Shown: piece after piece, positions 1 through 8,666 of the stretch
How the letters are laid out: each line of letters begins with the position of its first letter
Numbering within the stretch: the stretch's first letter is position 1
From: Candidatus Undinarchaeales archaeon
GTDB lineage: Archaea; SpSt-1190; JASMDC01
Assembly: GCA_030753015.1 (NCBI GenBank)
Contig: JASMDC010000015.1
Coordinates: 8,988-72,987, forward strand
Length of the DNA stretch: 64,000 nt
Reading direction: 5' to 3'
Translations under genes and position numbers: made by a program
Notes under the pieces: generated by a model
What the model was told of the DNA's origin: nothing
What the model saw: only the letters and a program-made list of their open reading frames with translations
Database searches by the model: none

Positions 1-1051
1 AGAGGAGGTGGCCTGGCTGCTTCCCGGGCTGGACACGAGGTACCTTGATGGGCTTTCCGCCCTCCTCGAACACCTCATACTCCACGTTCTCGCAGTCCAT
101 GTTCTGGCACAGCACCAATGGCCGGGAGCCGTCCGGATTGGCCATCTTGGACCTCATGAGGCCCGTCCACTCGGGGCTGCCGTCATACAGTCCCTCCGAT
201 TTAGCGTAGGAGGCCGCCTCCAGACCGATGATCTGGACCCGGGAGACGTTCCCGTCCTCGTCATACTCGGGCCGACCCAGAAGGGCGTCGTCCTGCTCCA
301 GATCGGGGCCCACGGTGAGCGTTGTCTTGCCGGTCCCCGACAGGCCCTTGAGGACCCGGTCGGTTGTAGCCCCGGCGTGGTAGGAGATGAGCCCCTCGCC
401 CTCGGCCTTGTTCCACACCATGGTGAGGTTGGGCTTCTTGAAGTCGCCGCCGAAATAATCGACGCCAAGTGAGATCACCATCCGAACGTTGTCGTCCATG
501 CCGGTGAGGTCGTAGAGCGTGATGGGGACGTTCGGGTCGTAGTCGGGCCACACCTCGCGGATCATGGCCACGTACTTGTCGGGCAGGCGCTCGGGTACGA
601 TCACGTTCCAGCAGTCGGGTTGCTGACCCTCCTTGGCGGGGAAGACCATCTGCTTGGAGAACCACGTGATATAGCCGGACTGCCGACACTTCATGCTCGC
701 AGCGAACCGCAGCCCCACCTCGTACCCGGCCTCGCCCTGGATACCGTCCATGACGACCATGGGGACGTCCTCCTCGGCGAGGTACGCAAGGGCCGCCTCG
801 TACACGCGCTTGCCGATCTTTGCGTCGAACGACCGCTGCTTGTAACCGAGCTTGTAGCCCTCGGGAACGAGGAAGAACGCCCGGTCCGGCCGCCGCCCTG
901 GCTGTGTGGAGCCGAAGAGGTACTGGCCGTCGGCCGTGATGACGTAGTAGTCCTTGAGGAACTCGTGGTAGAACGCGTCGTCCGGGTTCCTGGTCACACG
1001 GGCAAGCGGGATGCGGGTATTGGGGGTGATGAGGATGGTATCGTCGGTCAT
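1..1051 (-). CDS. pckA: Phosphoenolpyruvate carboxykinase (ATP), divergent; 3' end runs off the window
   Basis: Not in the ORF track because there is no stop in the window. Manual translation from ATG at 1051 is open to position 1: MTDDTILITPNTRIP...DYFGGDFKK...SYHAG...GLSGTGKTTLT...EQDD...IGLEAASYAK, matching the ATP-PEPCK motifs (YxGExKK, H, kinase-1a, DD, ExGxYAK). Confidence 0.8.
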   Translation of the reverse strand, partial: MTDDTILITPNTRIPLARVTRNPDDAFYHEFLKDYYVITADGQYLFGSTQPGRRPDRAFFLVPEGYKLGYKQRSFDAKIGKRVYEAALAYLAEEDVPMVVMDGIQGEAGYEVGLRFAASMKCRQSGYITWFSKQMVFPAKEGQQPDCWNVIVPERLPDKYVAMIREVWPDYDPNVPITLYDLTGMDDNVRMVISLGVDYFGGDFKKPNLTMVWNKAEGEGLISYHAGATTDRVLKGLSGTGKTTLTVGPDLEQDDALLGRPEYDEDGNVSRVQIIGLEAASYAKSEGLYDGSPEWTGLMRSKMANPDGSRPLVLCQNMDCENVEYEVFEEGGKPIKVPRVQPGKQPGHLL

Positions 1052-1129
1052 GGTATCTCGATGGCGAGGATGATGAGGGCTGTTATAAAGCTTATGTTAG
1101 GACTTGCCCCCTGCGAACGTGCTGCACGG

Positions 1130-1906
1130 TCAGTTGAAGAGGAACCCACGGACCACCTGGTAGAACCCTTCAGGATCGTCGAGCATCATGAAGTGGCCGC
1201 CGGTAACCGCATGCACCTCGCACGCTGCCTCCAACAACCGGTCCTTGCCGGGGAACTCCCTGGCGTTCTGGGTGCCTACCACGTAGCAGGTCCTGCAGTG
1301 GAGGGCGATATATCGCTCAAGGAGGTCGGCGTTATTGGATACGTCCACCAGCCCGCATGCCGCGCGGTGGAGCGCCTCTGGATCGCACCGGGTGAGCGCC
1401 CGGATGTAGTACTCCCAGCATGCAGAGCCCTTGGAAGCGAGCCTGCCCACCTTTCCGATGAGCTGCACCCGTCCCTCGCGCATGAACCGCTCCCGCTCCA
1501 TGGCCGCAGTAGGTCCCGAGAAGAAGCAGTTCTCGCCCGTGAGATTCCCCTCGGCGTTGAGGAACCGGGTCACGCCGGAGCGCTCGGCCAGCACGATGCC
1601 CACGACACCACCCATGGAGTGGGTCACCAGGTCGTAGTGCTCAACGTCCAGCTCGGCAAGGAGTGCGAGCACCACCTCGGCGTAGTCGCCTACCGTGCAG
1701 GTGCACGTCCCACGTGGCGAGGCGCCGTGGCCGGGGAAGTCAAGGGCGATGAGACGTCTGTCGGGCAGCACATCGGGGTCGAAGGCTCCCGCGAACGTAT
1801 GCGCGTCGGCGCCCAGCCCGTGGAGTAGCACTACAGGCAGCCCGTGCCCGGGCCGTTCCCACACGGCGACCGGACCGTAGTCGAGCTCGACCTTCCTGCA
1901 CTCCAC
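1130..1906 (-). CDS. Alpha/beta-fold hydrolase
   Basis: LLHGLG, DFPGHG, nucleophile elbow THSMGG and C-terminal GHF; TATA-like CTTTTATAAG about 25 nt upstream on the minus strand. Confidence 0.9.
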   Translation of the reverse strand: MECRKVELDYGPVAVWERPGHGLPVVLLHGLGADAHTFAGAFDPDVLPDRRLIALDFPGHGASPRGTCTCTVGDYAEVVLALLAELDVEHYDLVTHSMGGVVGIVLAERSGVTRFLNAEGNLTGENCFFSGPTAAMERERFMREGRVQLIGKVGRLASKGSACWEYYIRALTRCDPEALHRAACGLVDVSNNADLLERYIALHCRTCYVVGTQNAREFPGKDRLLEAACEVHAVTGGHFMMLDDPEGFYQVVRGFLFN

Positions 1907-2100
1907 GGTACGTTCCGGTCTGCCATCGCTTATAAAAGGTTTGACGTACGAAACCCACCTACTATCACAGGTGGAATGAATACGGTGTTTCCCGGAGGGG
2001 TACCGAACCCGAAAGGTAAACGGTTCACATGAATACCGGCAGCCAACTCCCCATAACGATATATTGAAGCGCAGTCTACTCTTCTACTGGGAGGTGTGCT

Positions 2101-3423
2101 GTGCAGCAGGACGTCGATGAGCCGGGTAATATAAGGAGGTCACAGTTCGCTTGCCGTACTGCCAGGACAACCCTGCGGACGTTCAAGTATCGTATCTATC
2201 CATCCGGGAAGCAGCTCACCAGGCTCGACCATCAGTTCTCGCTCTGCCGCGAGATGTACAATACCCTCCTGAAAAGGTGTCGTGAGGGATACCGGACGGA
2301 TGGCACCCGTCTCAACGGGCGGAACAGGCTCTATCGGATGACCAAGGATATCAAGGACGAGGAGCCGAAGTTCAATACGGTGTACTCCCAATCGCGCCAG
2401 AACGTCGCCGACAGGCTCGCAAAGGCGTACCAGCACTTCTTCCGGAGGGTGAAGGAGCGGAAGGCGGGCAGGCAGGTGAAGGTCGGGTACCCTCGCGCCA
2501 AGAGGCGCGTCATCAGCATCACCTACCCGCAGTTCGGATTCCGGTTCACGGGCGAGGACAAGCTCCACGTCTCCAGGATCGGCAGCATCCCGATCATGCT
2601 CCATCGCCTCCCACAGGGAAGAATCAAGACGCTCACCATCAAGCGGAACCGGGCTGGTCAGTGGTTCGCATGCTTCGCGTGCGAAGTCGATGAGGACACA
2701 AGGACACCGATAGATGGCGAGGTCGGCATTGATGTTGGCATCGAGCACTTCGTCACGCTGTCCGACGGCTCCGTCATCGAGAATCCGCGACATCTACTTA
2801 AAAGCGAGAAACGAGCGAAGCGGCTCCATCGCAGAGTATCCAGGAAGAAGAAAGGATCCCGGGACCGGAGGACGGCTGTCCGTCGGCTAGCACGGTATCA
2901 CATCTATGTCGCCGACCAGAGGCGTGACTTCCTTCATCGGACGAGCCGTGCGCTCGTCGACCGGTACGGGACCATCGCTGTCGAGAAGCTCAACGAATCC
3001 AACATGCTCAAGAACCACTGTCTCGCAAAGCACATTCAGGACGCATCGTGGAACACCTTCATCGACATGCTCCGCTACAAGGCTGTAGCGGCCGGGGGGG
3101 AGCTGGTCGAGGTGGACCCGAGGAACACGTCACAGATATGCAGTCGGTGCGGGGACATCGTCCCAAAGGCGTTGAGCGTCCGCGTCCATCAGTGCCCGCG
3201 ATGCGGGTTCGAGACGCATCGGGACGTGAACGCCGCACTGAACATACTCGCAAGAGCTAGGGCTGGACGAGCCCGAAGTCACGCCTGTGGAAATCCCACC
3301 TCTACTCTCGCCACGAAGGCGGGGGCAAGTGGGATCGCAGAAGCAGGAACTAAACGCGATGAGCCCTTCGGGGCGATAGACGCTGGAAGCCTGAGGCTTT
3401 ACAGGCTGTCCGACAATTCATAG
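2101..3423 (+). CDS. tnpB: TnpB RNA-guided endonuclease (IS200/IS605 family, no tnpA adjacent)
   Basis: FKYRIYP HTH, RuvC-I GIDVG, RuvC-II IAVEKL, Zn finger CSRC...CPRC, RuvC-III RDVNAA. The current stop lies inside the downstream IS1182; before insertion the ORF would have ended at CTT TAG across the junction. Confidence 0.95.
   Translation: MQQDVDEPGNIRRSQFACRTARTTLRTFKYRIYPSGKQLTRLDHQFSLCREMYNTLLKRCREGYRTDGTRLNGRNRLYRMTKDIKDEEPKFNTVYSQSRQNVADRLAKAYQHFFRRVKERKAGRQVKVGYPRAKRRVISITYPQFGFRFTGEDKLHVSRIGSIPIMLHRLPQGRIKTLTIKRNRAGQWFACFACEVDEDTRTPIDGEVGIDVGIEHFVTLSDGSVIENPRHLLKSEKRAKRLHRRVSRKKKGSRDRRTAVRRLARYHIYVADQRRDFLHRTSRALVDRYGTIAVEKLNESNMLKNHCLAKHIQDASWNTFIDMLRYKAVAAGGELVEVDPRNTSQICSRCGDIVPKALSVRVHQCPRCGFETHRDVNAALNILARARAGRARSHACGNPTSTLATKAGASGIAEAGTKRDEPFGAIDAGSLRLYRLSDNS
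3255..3401 (+). ncRNA. Putative TnpB omega-RNA/reRNA scaffold, 5' part (3' part displaced to 5270-5291)
   Basis: Overlaps the tnpB 3' end as known for reRNA/sotRNA. It contains GGGCT..AGCCC, CCCAC..GTGGG and GCCC-TTCG-GGGC stems, a GCCTGTGGA...GAAGCAGGAA pair, and the first half of the right-end hairpin GGAAGCCTGAGGC. The 5' boundary is approximate. Confidence 0.65.
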
Positions 3424-3558
3424 TACTCACTACTTCAAGCCCACGAATAATCTCTCATGAAATGTGCGCCCTAACTTACATAGGGACGCGGTTCTGTGGA
3501 TGATGGAAACGTGGGTCCGGAACAAGGTTTTATAAAATTGTGCACCCTAACTACACCC

Positions 3559-3711
3559 ATGGTGTACGAGGAGATCAAGACGATCAAAGGACGGCAGTAC
3601 AGATACCTACGCGAGAGCGTCCGGATCGACGGTCGCGTCGTCCACCGGACCGTGAAGTATCTCGGTCCCGTGGAACCAAGATACAAACCTCAGAAGAAGA
3701 AGGTGGTCTGA
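3559..3711 (+). CDS. 50-aa basic protein inside IS1182, resembling the N-terminal DNA-binding segment of IS1634-type transposases
   Basis: MVYEEIKTIKGRQYRYLRESVRIDGRVVHRTVKYLGP...; TTTTATAAAA about 25 nt upstream; its TGA overlaps the transposase ATG (TGATG). Confidence 0.7.
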   Translation: MVYEEIKTIKGRQYRYLRESVRIDGRVVHRTVKYLGPVEPRYKPQKKKVV

Positions 3712-5213
3712 TGTCATACATCCCCTCCCTCCACAAACAATCCTGGCTCTTGGCGCCGAACCTCGAGGACCTGATACCTGAGTACCACATCTGCTACCTC
3801 GTCGAAGCGCTCATATCGATGGTAGACTTCACCGGGTTCGACGAGAGATACGCGGGTCCCGGGCACCCGGCGTACCATCCCCGGATCATCCTGAAGCTGC
3901 TCGTGATGGGTGTCCTGGACAGGGTGCGCTCCTCGCGCAAGCTGGCCAGAAACGCTCGAGAGAACGTCGTCTACATGTACCTCGCGGAGAAGCTGACGCC
4001 GGACTTCCGTACCATCAGCGACTTCCGCAAACAGAACGAGGAGCTCGTGAAGCAGCTCTTCAAGCACACGGTGGCGCTCGCCAAACAAGAAGGGATGCTC
4101 GACCTTACACAGCTCGCGACGGACGGGACCAAGATCAAGGCCAACGCGGCCAACATGCGTTCGCTCACCCGGCAGGAGCTCGAGTTCATGACACGGTTCG
4201 TCGACGAGGAGCTCGATGAGTGGGCCAAACAGGACCAGCTAGAGGACGAGGCGTTCGGCAGCCTGAGGGGATACGACCAGCTCCCGGGCAAGGGCAAGCA
4301 GAAGATGCGGTCCGCAGTGCGGCACTATGTGAAGCAGACCAGGGAGAAGGGCGACTCGTTCGAGGAGGCGGCTTCCCGGAAGCTGGAGGAAGCACGCCAG
4401 GAGATGGAGCGGCACGGCGTCGACAAAGTGAGCACGACGGACACCGACTGCCGCTTCATGAAGTCCAAGAAGGGGAAGATGGAGTTCTCGTACAACCCCC
4501 AGGTCACGACGGACGGGAACGGCTTCATCCTCGCCTCTGACGTGTGCCAGAACAAGAACGATAAAAAACAACTACAGCCCCAGGTGCTTCAGGCGGAAGA
4601 GAACCTCGGCCGGATACCCGAAGGAACGCCATGGAACTTCGACACAGGCTACTTCAGCGGTGACAACCTGGCCTTCCTCAAGGAGAAGAAGATCAACGCG
4701 TACGTCGCAACAGAAAAGCCGAACCAAAACCCGTTCAGCGCCGACAAGTTCATCTACGACCCGGAGAAGAACGAATACACGTGTCCCGGGGGACACGTCA
4801 TGAGATTCCTCAGCGAAAGACATGAGAATACCAGTGGCTATAGGTACAGTATCTACAAGTCCGATAGCTGCCACACGTGCCCGCACCAGGGATCATGCAC
4901 AAAACAAAAGAAAGGTATCCGTTATCTTAAGATCTATCCGCACCCCGAGCTCAGGAAGGAGATGATCGACAAGATGCATACCAAGAAGGCGAAGAAGACA
5001 TACCGTCGGCGCAAGGAGACCGTCGAACCGGCGATAGGATGCATCAAATACAACCAGGGGCTCAATGAGTTCCTCACGAGGGGCCTTGGAACGGTGAGAA
5101 CGGAGTTCAGGCTGGCCTGTACGGCCCTCAACATCAAGAAGCTGTGGTTGCGAACGCGGGGAAGGGTGACGGATGTGGTCGGAGTCGCCCCTGTGTCTGT
5201 AGACCCGTGTTAA
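3711..5213 (+). CDS. IS1182-family DDE transposase
   Basis: GHPAYHPRIILKLL, SSRKL, PDFRTISDFR, DGTKIKANA, TTDTDCRFMK, YNPQ, FDTGY, YTCPGG and RRKETVEP motifs. Start placed at ATG 3711 after GAAGGTGG. Confidence 0.95.
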   Translation: MSYIPSLHKQSWLLAPNLEDLIPEYHICYLVEALISMVDFTGFDERYAGPGHPAYHPRIILKLLVMGVLDRVRSSRKLARNARENVVYMYLAEKLTPDFRTISDFRKQNEELVKQLFKHTVALAKQEGMLDLTQLATDGTKIKANAANMRSLTRQELEFMTRFVDEELDEWAKQDQLEDEAFGSLRGYDQLPGKGKQKMRSAVRHYVKQTREKGDSFEEAASRKLEEARQEMERHGVDKVSTTDTDCRFMKSKKGKMEFSYNPQVTTDGNGFILASDVCQNKNDKKQLQPQVLQAEENLGRIPEGTPWNFDTGYFSGDNLAFLKEKKINAYVATEKPNQNPFSADKFIYDPEKNEYTCPGGHVMRFLSERHENTSGYRYSIYKSDSCHTCPHQGSCTKQKKGIRYLKIYPHPELRKEMIDKMHTKKAKKTYRRRKETVEPAIGCIKYNQGLNEFLTRGLGTVRTEFRLACTALNIKKLWLRTRGRVTDVVGVAPVSVDPC

Positions 5214-5269
5214 GGGTCCTCTTTCACATCAATAGATTGGTGTATGGCATCGAATTGTCGGACAGCCTG

Positions 5270-5291
5270 TTTAGCCTCAGGAGGATGTCAC
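5270..5291 (+). mobile_element. Displaced right end of the TnpB (IS605-type) element
   Basis: TTTA GCCTCAGG AGGATG TCAC. GCCTCAGG is the reverse complement of CCTGAGGC (3390-3397), and the segment ends in TCAC, a common IS605 right-end motif. Confidence 0.85.
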
Positions 5292-5980
5292 ACATCTTGC
5301 GCCCGGTCGGCGAGCGCTCTCTCGAGCACCGAGGCCGGGAACGGTCGTCCGTGCCCGGGGTGGACCGTCTCTGCGTGCAGGTCCAGCAGACGGGACCAGG
5401 AATGGTACACCTGTCCGACGTCCTCGGCGAACACGGGCATGCCCGGCCCCCGCCGCATAGGGAGGCCGTTCATCGCGAGGTCCCCCACAATTGCGTCGCC
5501 GCTCTCCAGCACCACCGAGACGGAACCGTGGGTATGGCCGGGTGTATGGACTACCCTGCCCGCAACACCCCAGCGGGCGAGGCCGGTGCGCTCTCCCAGG
5601 ACGACGTCCACCTCGGGCCAGGTGAGGGGTCCGAACGCACGCGCGGGAGCGAGCAGGATGCGCAGGAGCGAGCCCCAGGCAGAGGTCCCCGGCGGTAACG
5701 GCGAAGCCTCCGGGAGAGTGGCGGCCGCCCGCTCGTGCATGGCGACGTCGCACCCAGTGGCCTTCACGACAGCGTCGGCGCAGCCACCGTGGTCGAAATG
5801 AGCGTGGGTGATGATAAGGAGGTCGAGGGGCCGACCATCGAGGGCCCGGATCAGCGCCGAGATGAACCGTCGTGCCACAACCGACATGCCAGCATCGACC
5901 AGCACGGTGCCCTTGTCCAGAACGAGGTGAGCGGTGGTGAACGCCATGGTGAGGGGGATGATGCGGACCGTGGCGCTCAC
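5288..5980 (-). CDS. MBL-fold metallohydrolase
   Basis: THAHFDHGG, TPGHTHGS, GD and HPGHG motifs. The stop codon coincides with the TCA of the TnpB element's terminal TCAC. Confidence 0.9.
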   Translation of the reverse strand: MSATVRIIPLTMAFTTAHLVLDKGTVLVDAGMSVVARRFISALIRALDGRPLDLLIITHAHFDHGGCADAVVKATGCDVAMHERAAATLPEASPLPPGTSAWGSLLRILLAPARAFGPLTWPEVDVVLGERTGLARWGVAGRVVHTPGHTHGSVSVVLESGDAIVGDLAMNGLPMRRGPGMPVFAEDVGQVYHSWSRLLDLHAETVHPGHGRPFPASVLERALADRAQDV

Positions 5981-7602
5981 CCCTCGCGCGCAAGGAAGAG
6001 GAAGGCGGTCTGGCCGTTGGGGAAGGTGACGTTCTTACGGACCACAAGCCCCAGATCATCGAACCTGCACGCTTCGTCCAGCTGCCAGCCCTGGAGGTAC
6101 ACCATGTAGAGCACACCTGGCCGGCCGCCGTCCTGGCGGTAGGTACAGGGTGCCGTGATGCGGTAGGGGGTGCCCTCCCAGCTCTTGCGCTGGGTCATGA
6201 CCGGATCGCGGGCGGTCCAGAACTGGAGGAACTTGTCGGTGCGCCGGATGTTGTCGGGGATGCGGACCTCGTCCCACGAGCCCTCCTCATCGCGCAGGTA
6301 GTCCCTGACCTCGTCCCACCCCGTGTCCCAGTAGTAGTTGACACTGGGATCTGCGGGGTAGACCGTGAAGTAGTACCCCAGGTAGTAGCCGACCAGAAGG
6401 CAGGACACAGCCAGGAACGGCAGCTTGAGCCCGATGTCCCTGAGCACAGGCTCGAGACGCGTCCATCCTATGGCCGCCGCAAGCTGGACGAAGGGCAATG
6501 CTACGGTGGTCCGTATGGAGTTGGGGATGCGGTCGATGGTGAGGCTCGCGGCCACGGGGACGAGCAGGAGCCCCCAGAGGAGTATGATGTGGACCGGGCG
6601 CCGCGCTCGTGCCATGTGCACGATGCCGGCCAGGAGAAGGAGCCCCTCGAAGAGGTGGAGCTTGCCCACAACCCGTGTCGTGTACCGCACCTGGGTGTCA
6701 CCGCGGAGGAGGAGAAAGTCGGGGTGCAGGTGGGCGAGGTAGTTCTGTACGAACTGGAGGGTGTAGAGCACCGTGGGGCTCTCGATGCCCATGTCTGAGT
6801 ATCGCGAGCGCTGCCACATGAGCACGTCCTCGGTGAAGATGGACACGAGCTTGAAGCGGGCATTGGCCGCCTCGGGCATGGTGACGTAGGTGGATGCCAG
6901 GGGCGCGACCAGGACGGCGAACACCACGAGCGCGAGTAGGACGTCGTTCAGACGGGCCCGCACCAGGTCCCGTCGTACGAAGAGCACACCGGCAAAGAAC
7001 GTCGGGATGAAGAACCGCGGGATCGCGTACGCATAGAGCGCCAGCGCCAGGGGGAGCGGTGCGGCCAGCATCGCTCGCCTGCGTCCCCGCAGCCCCGCCT
7101 CCAGCAGGTACCAACCCAGGGCGATGAAGAGCGGCACGGGCACAGGATCCCAGGCCACCCTGCTCAGGTGGTGGTGCCAGGGGGAGACCGCCAGCATCAG
7201 TGCTGCCGCGAGCCCGGCCTGTCGGCCTGCAAGCGCCCTGCCGAGCACGAACGCGGCCCCCACGCCCAGGGTGCCGAACACGACCGCCGGGAACCGCACG
7301 CCCCAGGGGCCGAGCCCGAAGAGCATCAGCGAGGGTATGGTTGCGTAGATGTATAGCGGGTTCTTGTACTCGCCCAGGGAGAGGAAGAGGATGGGGTACG
7401 GCTCGTTGTGCATGTCCTCGCCCGTGAGCAGGAGCGAATAGGCGTCGTAGCCGATGGACAGCTCGTCAGGGATGAGACCGGGGGGCACCGATGTGAGCCA
7501 GACGATGCGCAGCAGCAAGGCCAGCGCCATCACCGCGGCAACGTCGCGGGAGGGTGTGAACGCCCGGAGGATTGAGGACCCTTTTCCCTGCCCGGAGCCC
7601 AT
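5977..7602 (-). CDS. GT-C fold (ArnT/PMT-like) membrane glycosyltransferase
   Basis: PPGLIPDE motif after TM1, YKNPLYIY, RFP, SPWH and many TM helices. Start moved to ATG 7602 because the longer ORF overlaps the divergent gene. Confidence 0.85.
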   Translation of the reverse strand: MGSGQGKGSSILRAFTPSRDVAAVMALALLLRIVWLTSVPPGLIPDELSIGYDAYSLLLTGEDMHNEPYPILFLSLGEYKNPLYIYATIPSLMLFGLGPWGVRFPAVVFGTLGVGAAFVLGRALAGRQAGLAAALMLAVSPWHHHLSRVAWDPVPVPLFIALGWYLLEAGLRGRRRAMLAAPLPLALALYAYAIPRFFIPTFFAGVLFVRRDLVRARLNDVLLALVVFAVLVAPLASTYVTMPEAANARFKLVSIFTEDVLMWQRSRYSDMGIESPTVLYTLQFVQNYLAHLHPDFLLLRGDTQVRYTTRVVGKLHLFEGLLLLAGIVHMARARRPVHIILLWGLLLVPVAASLTIDRIPNSIRTTVALPFVQLAAAIGWTRLEPVLRDIGLKLPFLAVSCLLVGYYLGYYFTVYPADPSVNYYWDTGWDEVRDYLRDEEGSWDEVRIPDNIRRTDKFLQFWTARDPVMTQRKSWEGTPYRITAPCTYRQDGGRPGVLYMVYLQGWQLDEACRFDDLGLVVRKNVTFPNGQTAFLFLAREG

Positions 7603-7654
7603 GGCACACGGAGGACCGCGACCTTTCTTAAAGATGACGCGACCACCGGCCCTT

Positions 7655-8005
7655 ATGGACGAGGAGGAGATGCCCCAGGTGGTGTTCAAGGAGCGGGAGG
7701 GATATCGGACGGTGAACGTCAACGGCGTGTTCGGCGGCCCGCGGCCAGGATTCTTCGAGGTGATCGTGTTCTCGGAGGAGACCGATCCTACCGAGGCGTT
7801 CGGCACGGCCGCCATCGATCCGGGACAAGCGGTGTTCAGGCGCACGGCCGAGGTACGGTTGGTAATCGATCCCTACCAGGCCAAGAGCATCGCCGCGTGG
7901 CTTTCTCGTAACGTGGAGGAGTACGAGCGCACGTTCGGCCCCATCACGGGACCGAGCGGCTCGAGCCCACGGGAGCACGACAGCGCCGACACCATGTTCC
8001 GGTGA
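7655..8005 (+). CDS. DUF3467-like protein
   Basis: YRTVNVNGVFGG...EVRLVIDPYQAKSIAAWLSRNVEEYERTFGPI pattern. Confidence 0.7.
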   Translation: MDEEEMPQVVFKEREGYRTVNVNGVFGGPRPGFFEVIVFSEETDPTEAFGTAAIDPGQAVFRRTAEVRLVIDPYQAKSIAAWLSRNVEEYERTFGPITGPSGSSPREHDSADTMFR

Positions 8006-8060
8006 CCGGGGCCGCTCCTGGGCCAGCTTTAAGAACCTTCACGTGCTATGGGAGTGTACC

Positions 8061-8615
8061 ATGTCGACCTTCTGCGAGTACGAGTTCCAGTGCGAGTGCG
8101 GTGCCACCTTCAAGGCGAAACTGTGGGAGAGCGTCAACGTCACCAAGGACCCGGACCTGCGCCAGCTCGTGCTCGACGGCCAGCTGAACGTGGTCACATG
8201 CCCGGAGTGCCAGGTCGCGGAGCGCATCGAAAAGGTGTTCCTCTACCACGACATGGAGCGCGGTATCCTGGCGTTCGTCTACCCGGAGGGCAAGGGGGAG
8301 GAATGGAAGTCCAAGGACGAGGACGCCATCAAGCAGGTCACGGAGTTCCTCGAGAGCCTCAGGGGCGAGGATGGCGTGTCCTCCGAGGTAAAGGTCGTGT
8401 TCGGGCTGGAGGCGTTGCGCGAGCTCGTGGCTGCCCAGGGCAACGAGCCGACCGGGGCCGCGGACAGGAAACCGATCGCAGCGCACGCCCGAGCGGTGTG
8501 CGGCTGCGGCTGCCAGGACGATGCGGAGGAGAAGCCCAAGAAGAAAGCGAAGAAGAAATCCGCGCCGAAGAAGAAGCCCGCGAAAGCGAAGAAAGGGGCC
8601 AAGAAGAAGGCCTGA
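8061..8615 (+). CDS. CpXC-domain Zn-ribbon protein with Lys/Ala-rich tail
   Basis: CECG...ESVNVTKDPDLRQLVLDGQLNVVTCPEC...FLYHD; tail KPKKKAKKKSAPKKKPAKAKKGAKKKA. Confidence 0.8.
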   Translation: MSTFCEYEFQCECGATFKAKLWESVNVTKDPDLRQLVLDGQLNVVTCPECQVAERIEKVFLYHDMERGILAFVYPEGKGEEWKSKDEDAIKQVTEFLESLRGEDGVSSEVKVVFGLEALRELVAAQGNEPTGAADRKPIAAHARAVCGCGCQDDAEEKPKKKAKKKSAPKKKPAKAKKGAKKKA

Positions 8616-8666
8616 GCCTGCAGGCCTGACAGTACATTTAAATAACTCAGTCACACAGCATGCTCC

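Larger units (their letters stand above)
3402..5269 (+). mobile_element. IS1182-family insertion sequence
   Basis: Perfect 18-bp terminal inverted repeats CAGGCTGTCCGACAATTC (3402-3419) and GAATTGTCGGACAGCCTG (5252-5269); 4-bp direct repeat TTTA at 3398-3401 and 5270-5273. Confidence 0.95.

Noticed and set aside
620-1828. Long ORFs on the opposite strand or in shifted frames (e.g. 620-1828, 13515-15044, 15994-17226, 35853-37025, 37919-39133, 53660-54919)
   Set aside because: They are shadow ORFs of recognisable genes in high-GC DNA and carry no motifs.
3540-3710. 5' extension of the IS1182 transposase in the ORF track
   Set aside because: It overlaps the TATA region and the better small ORF; family similarity begins near ATG 3711.
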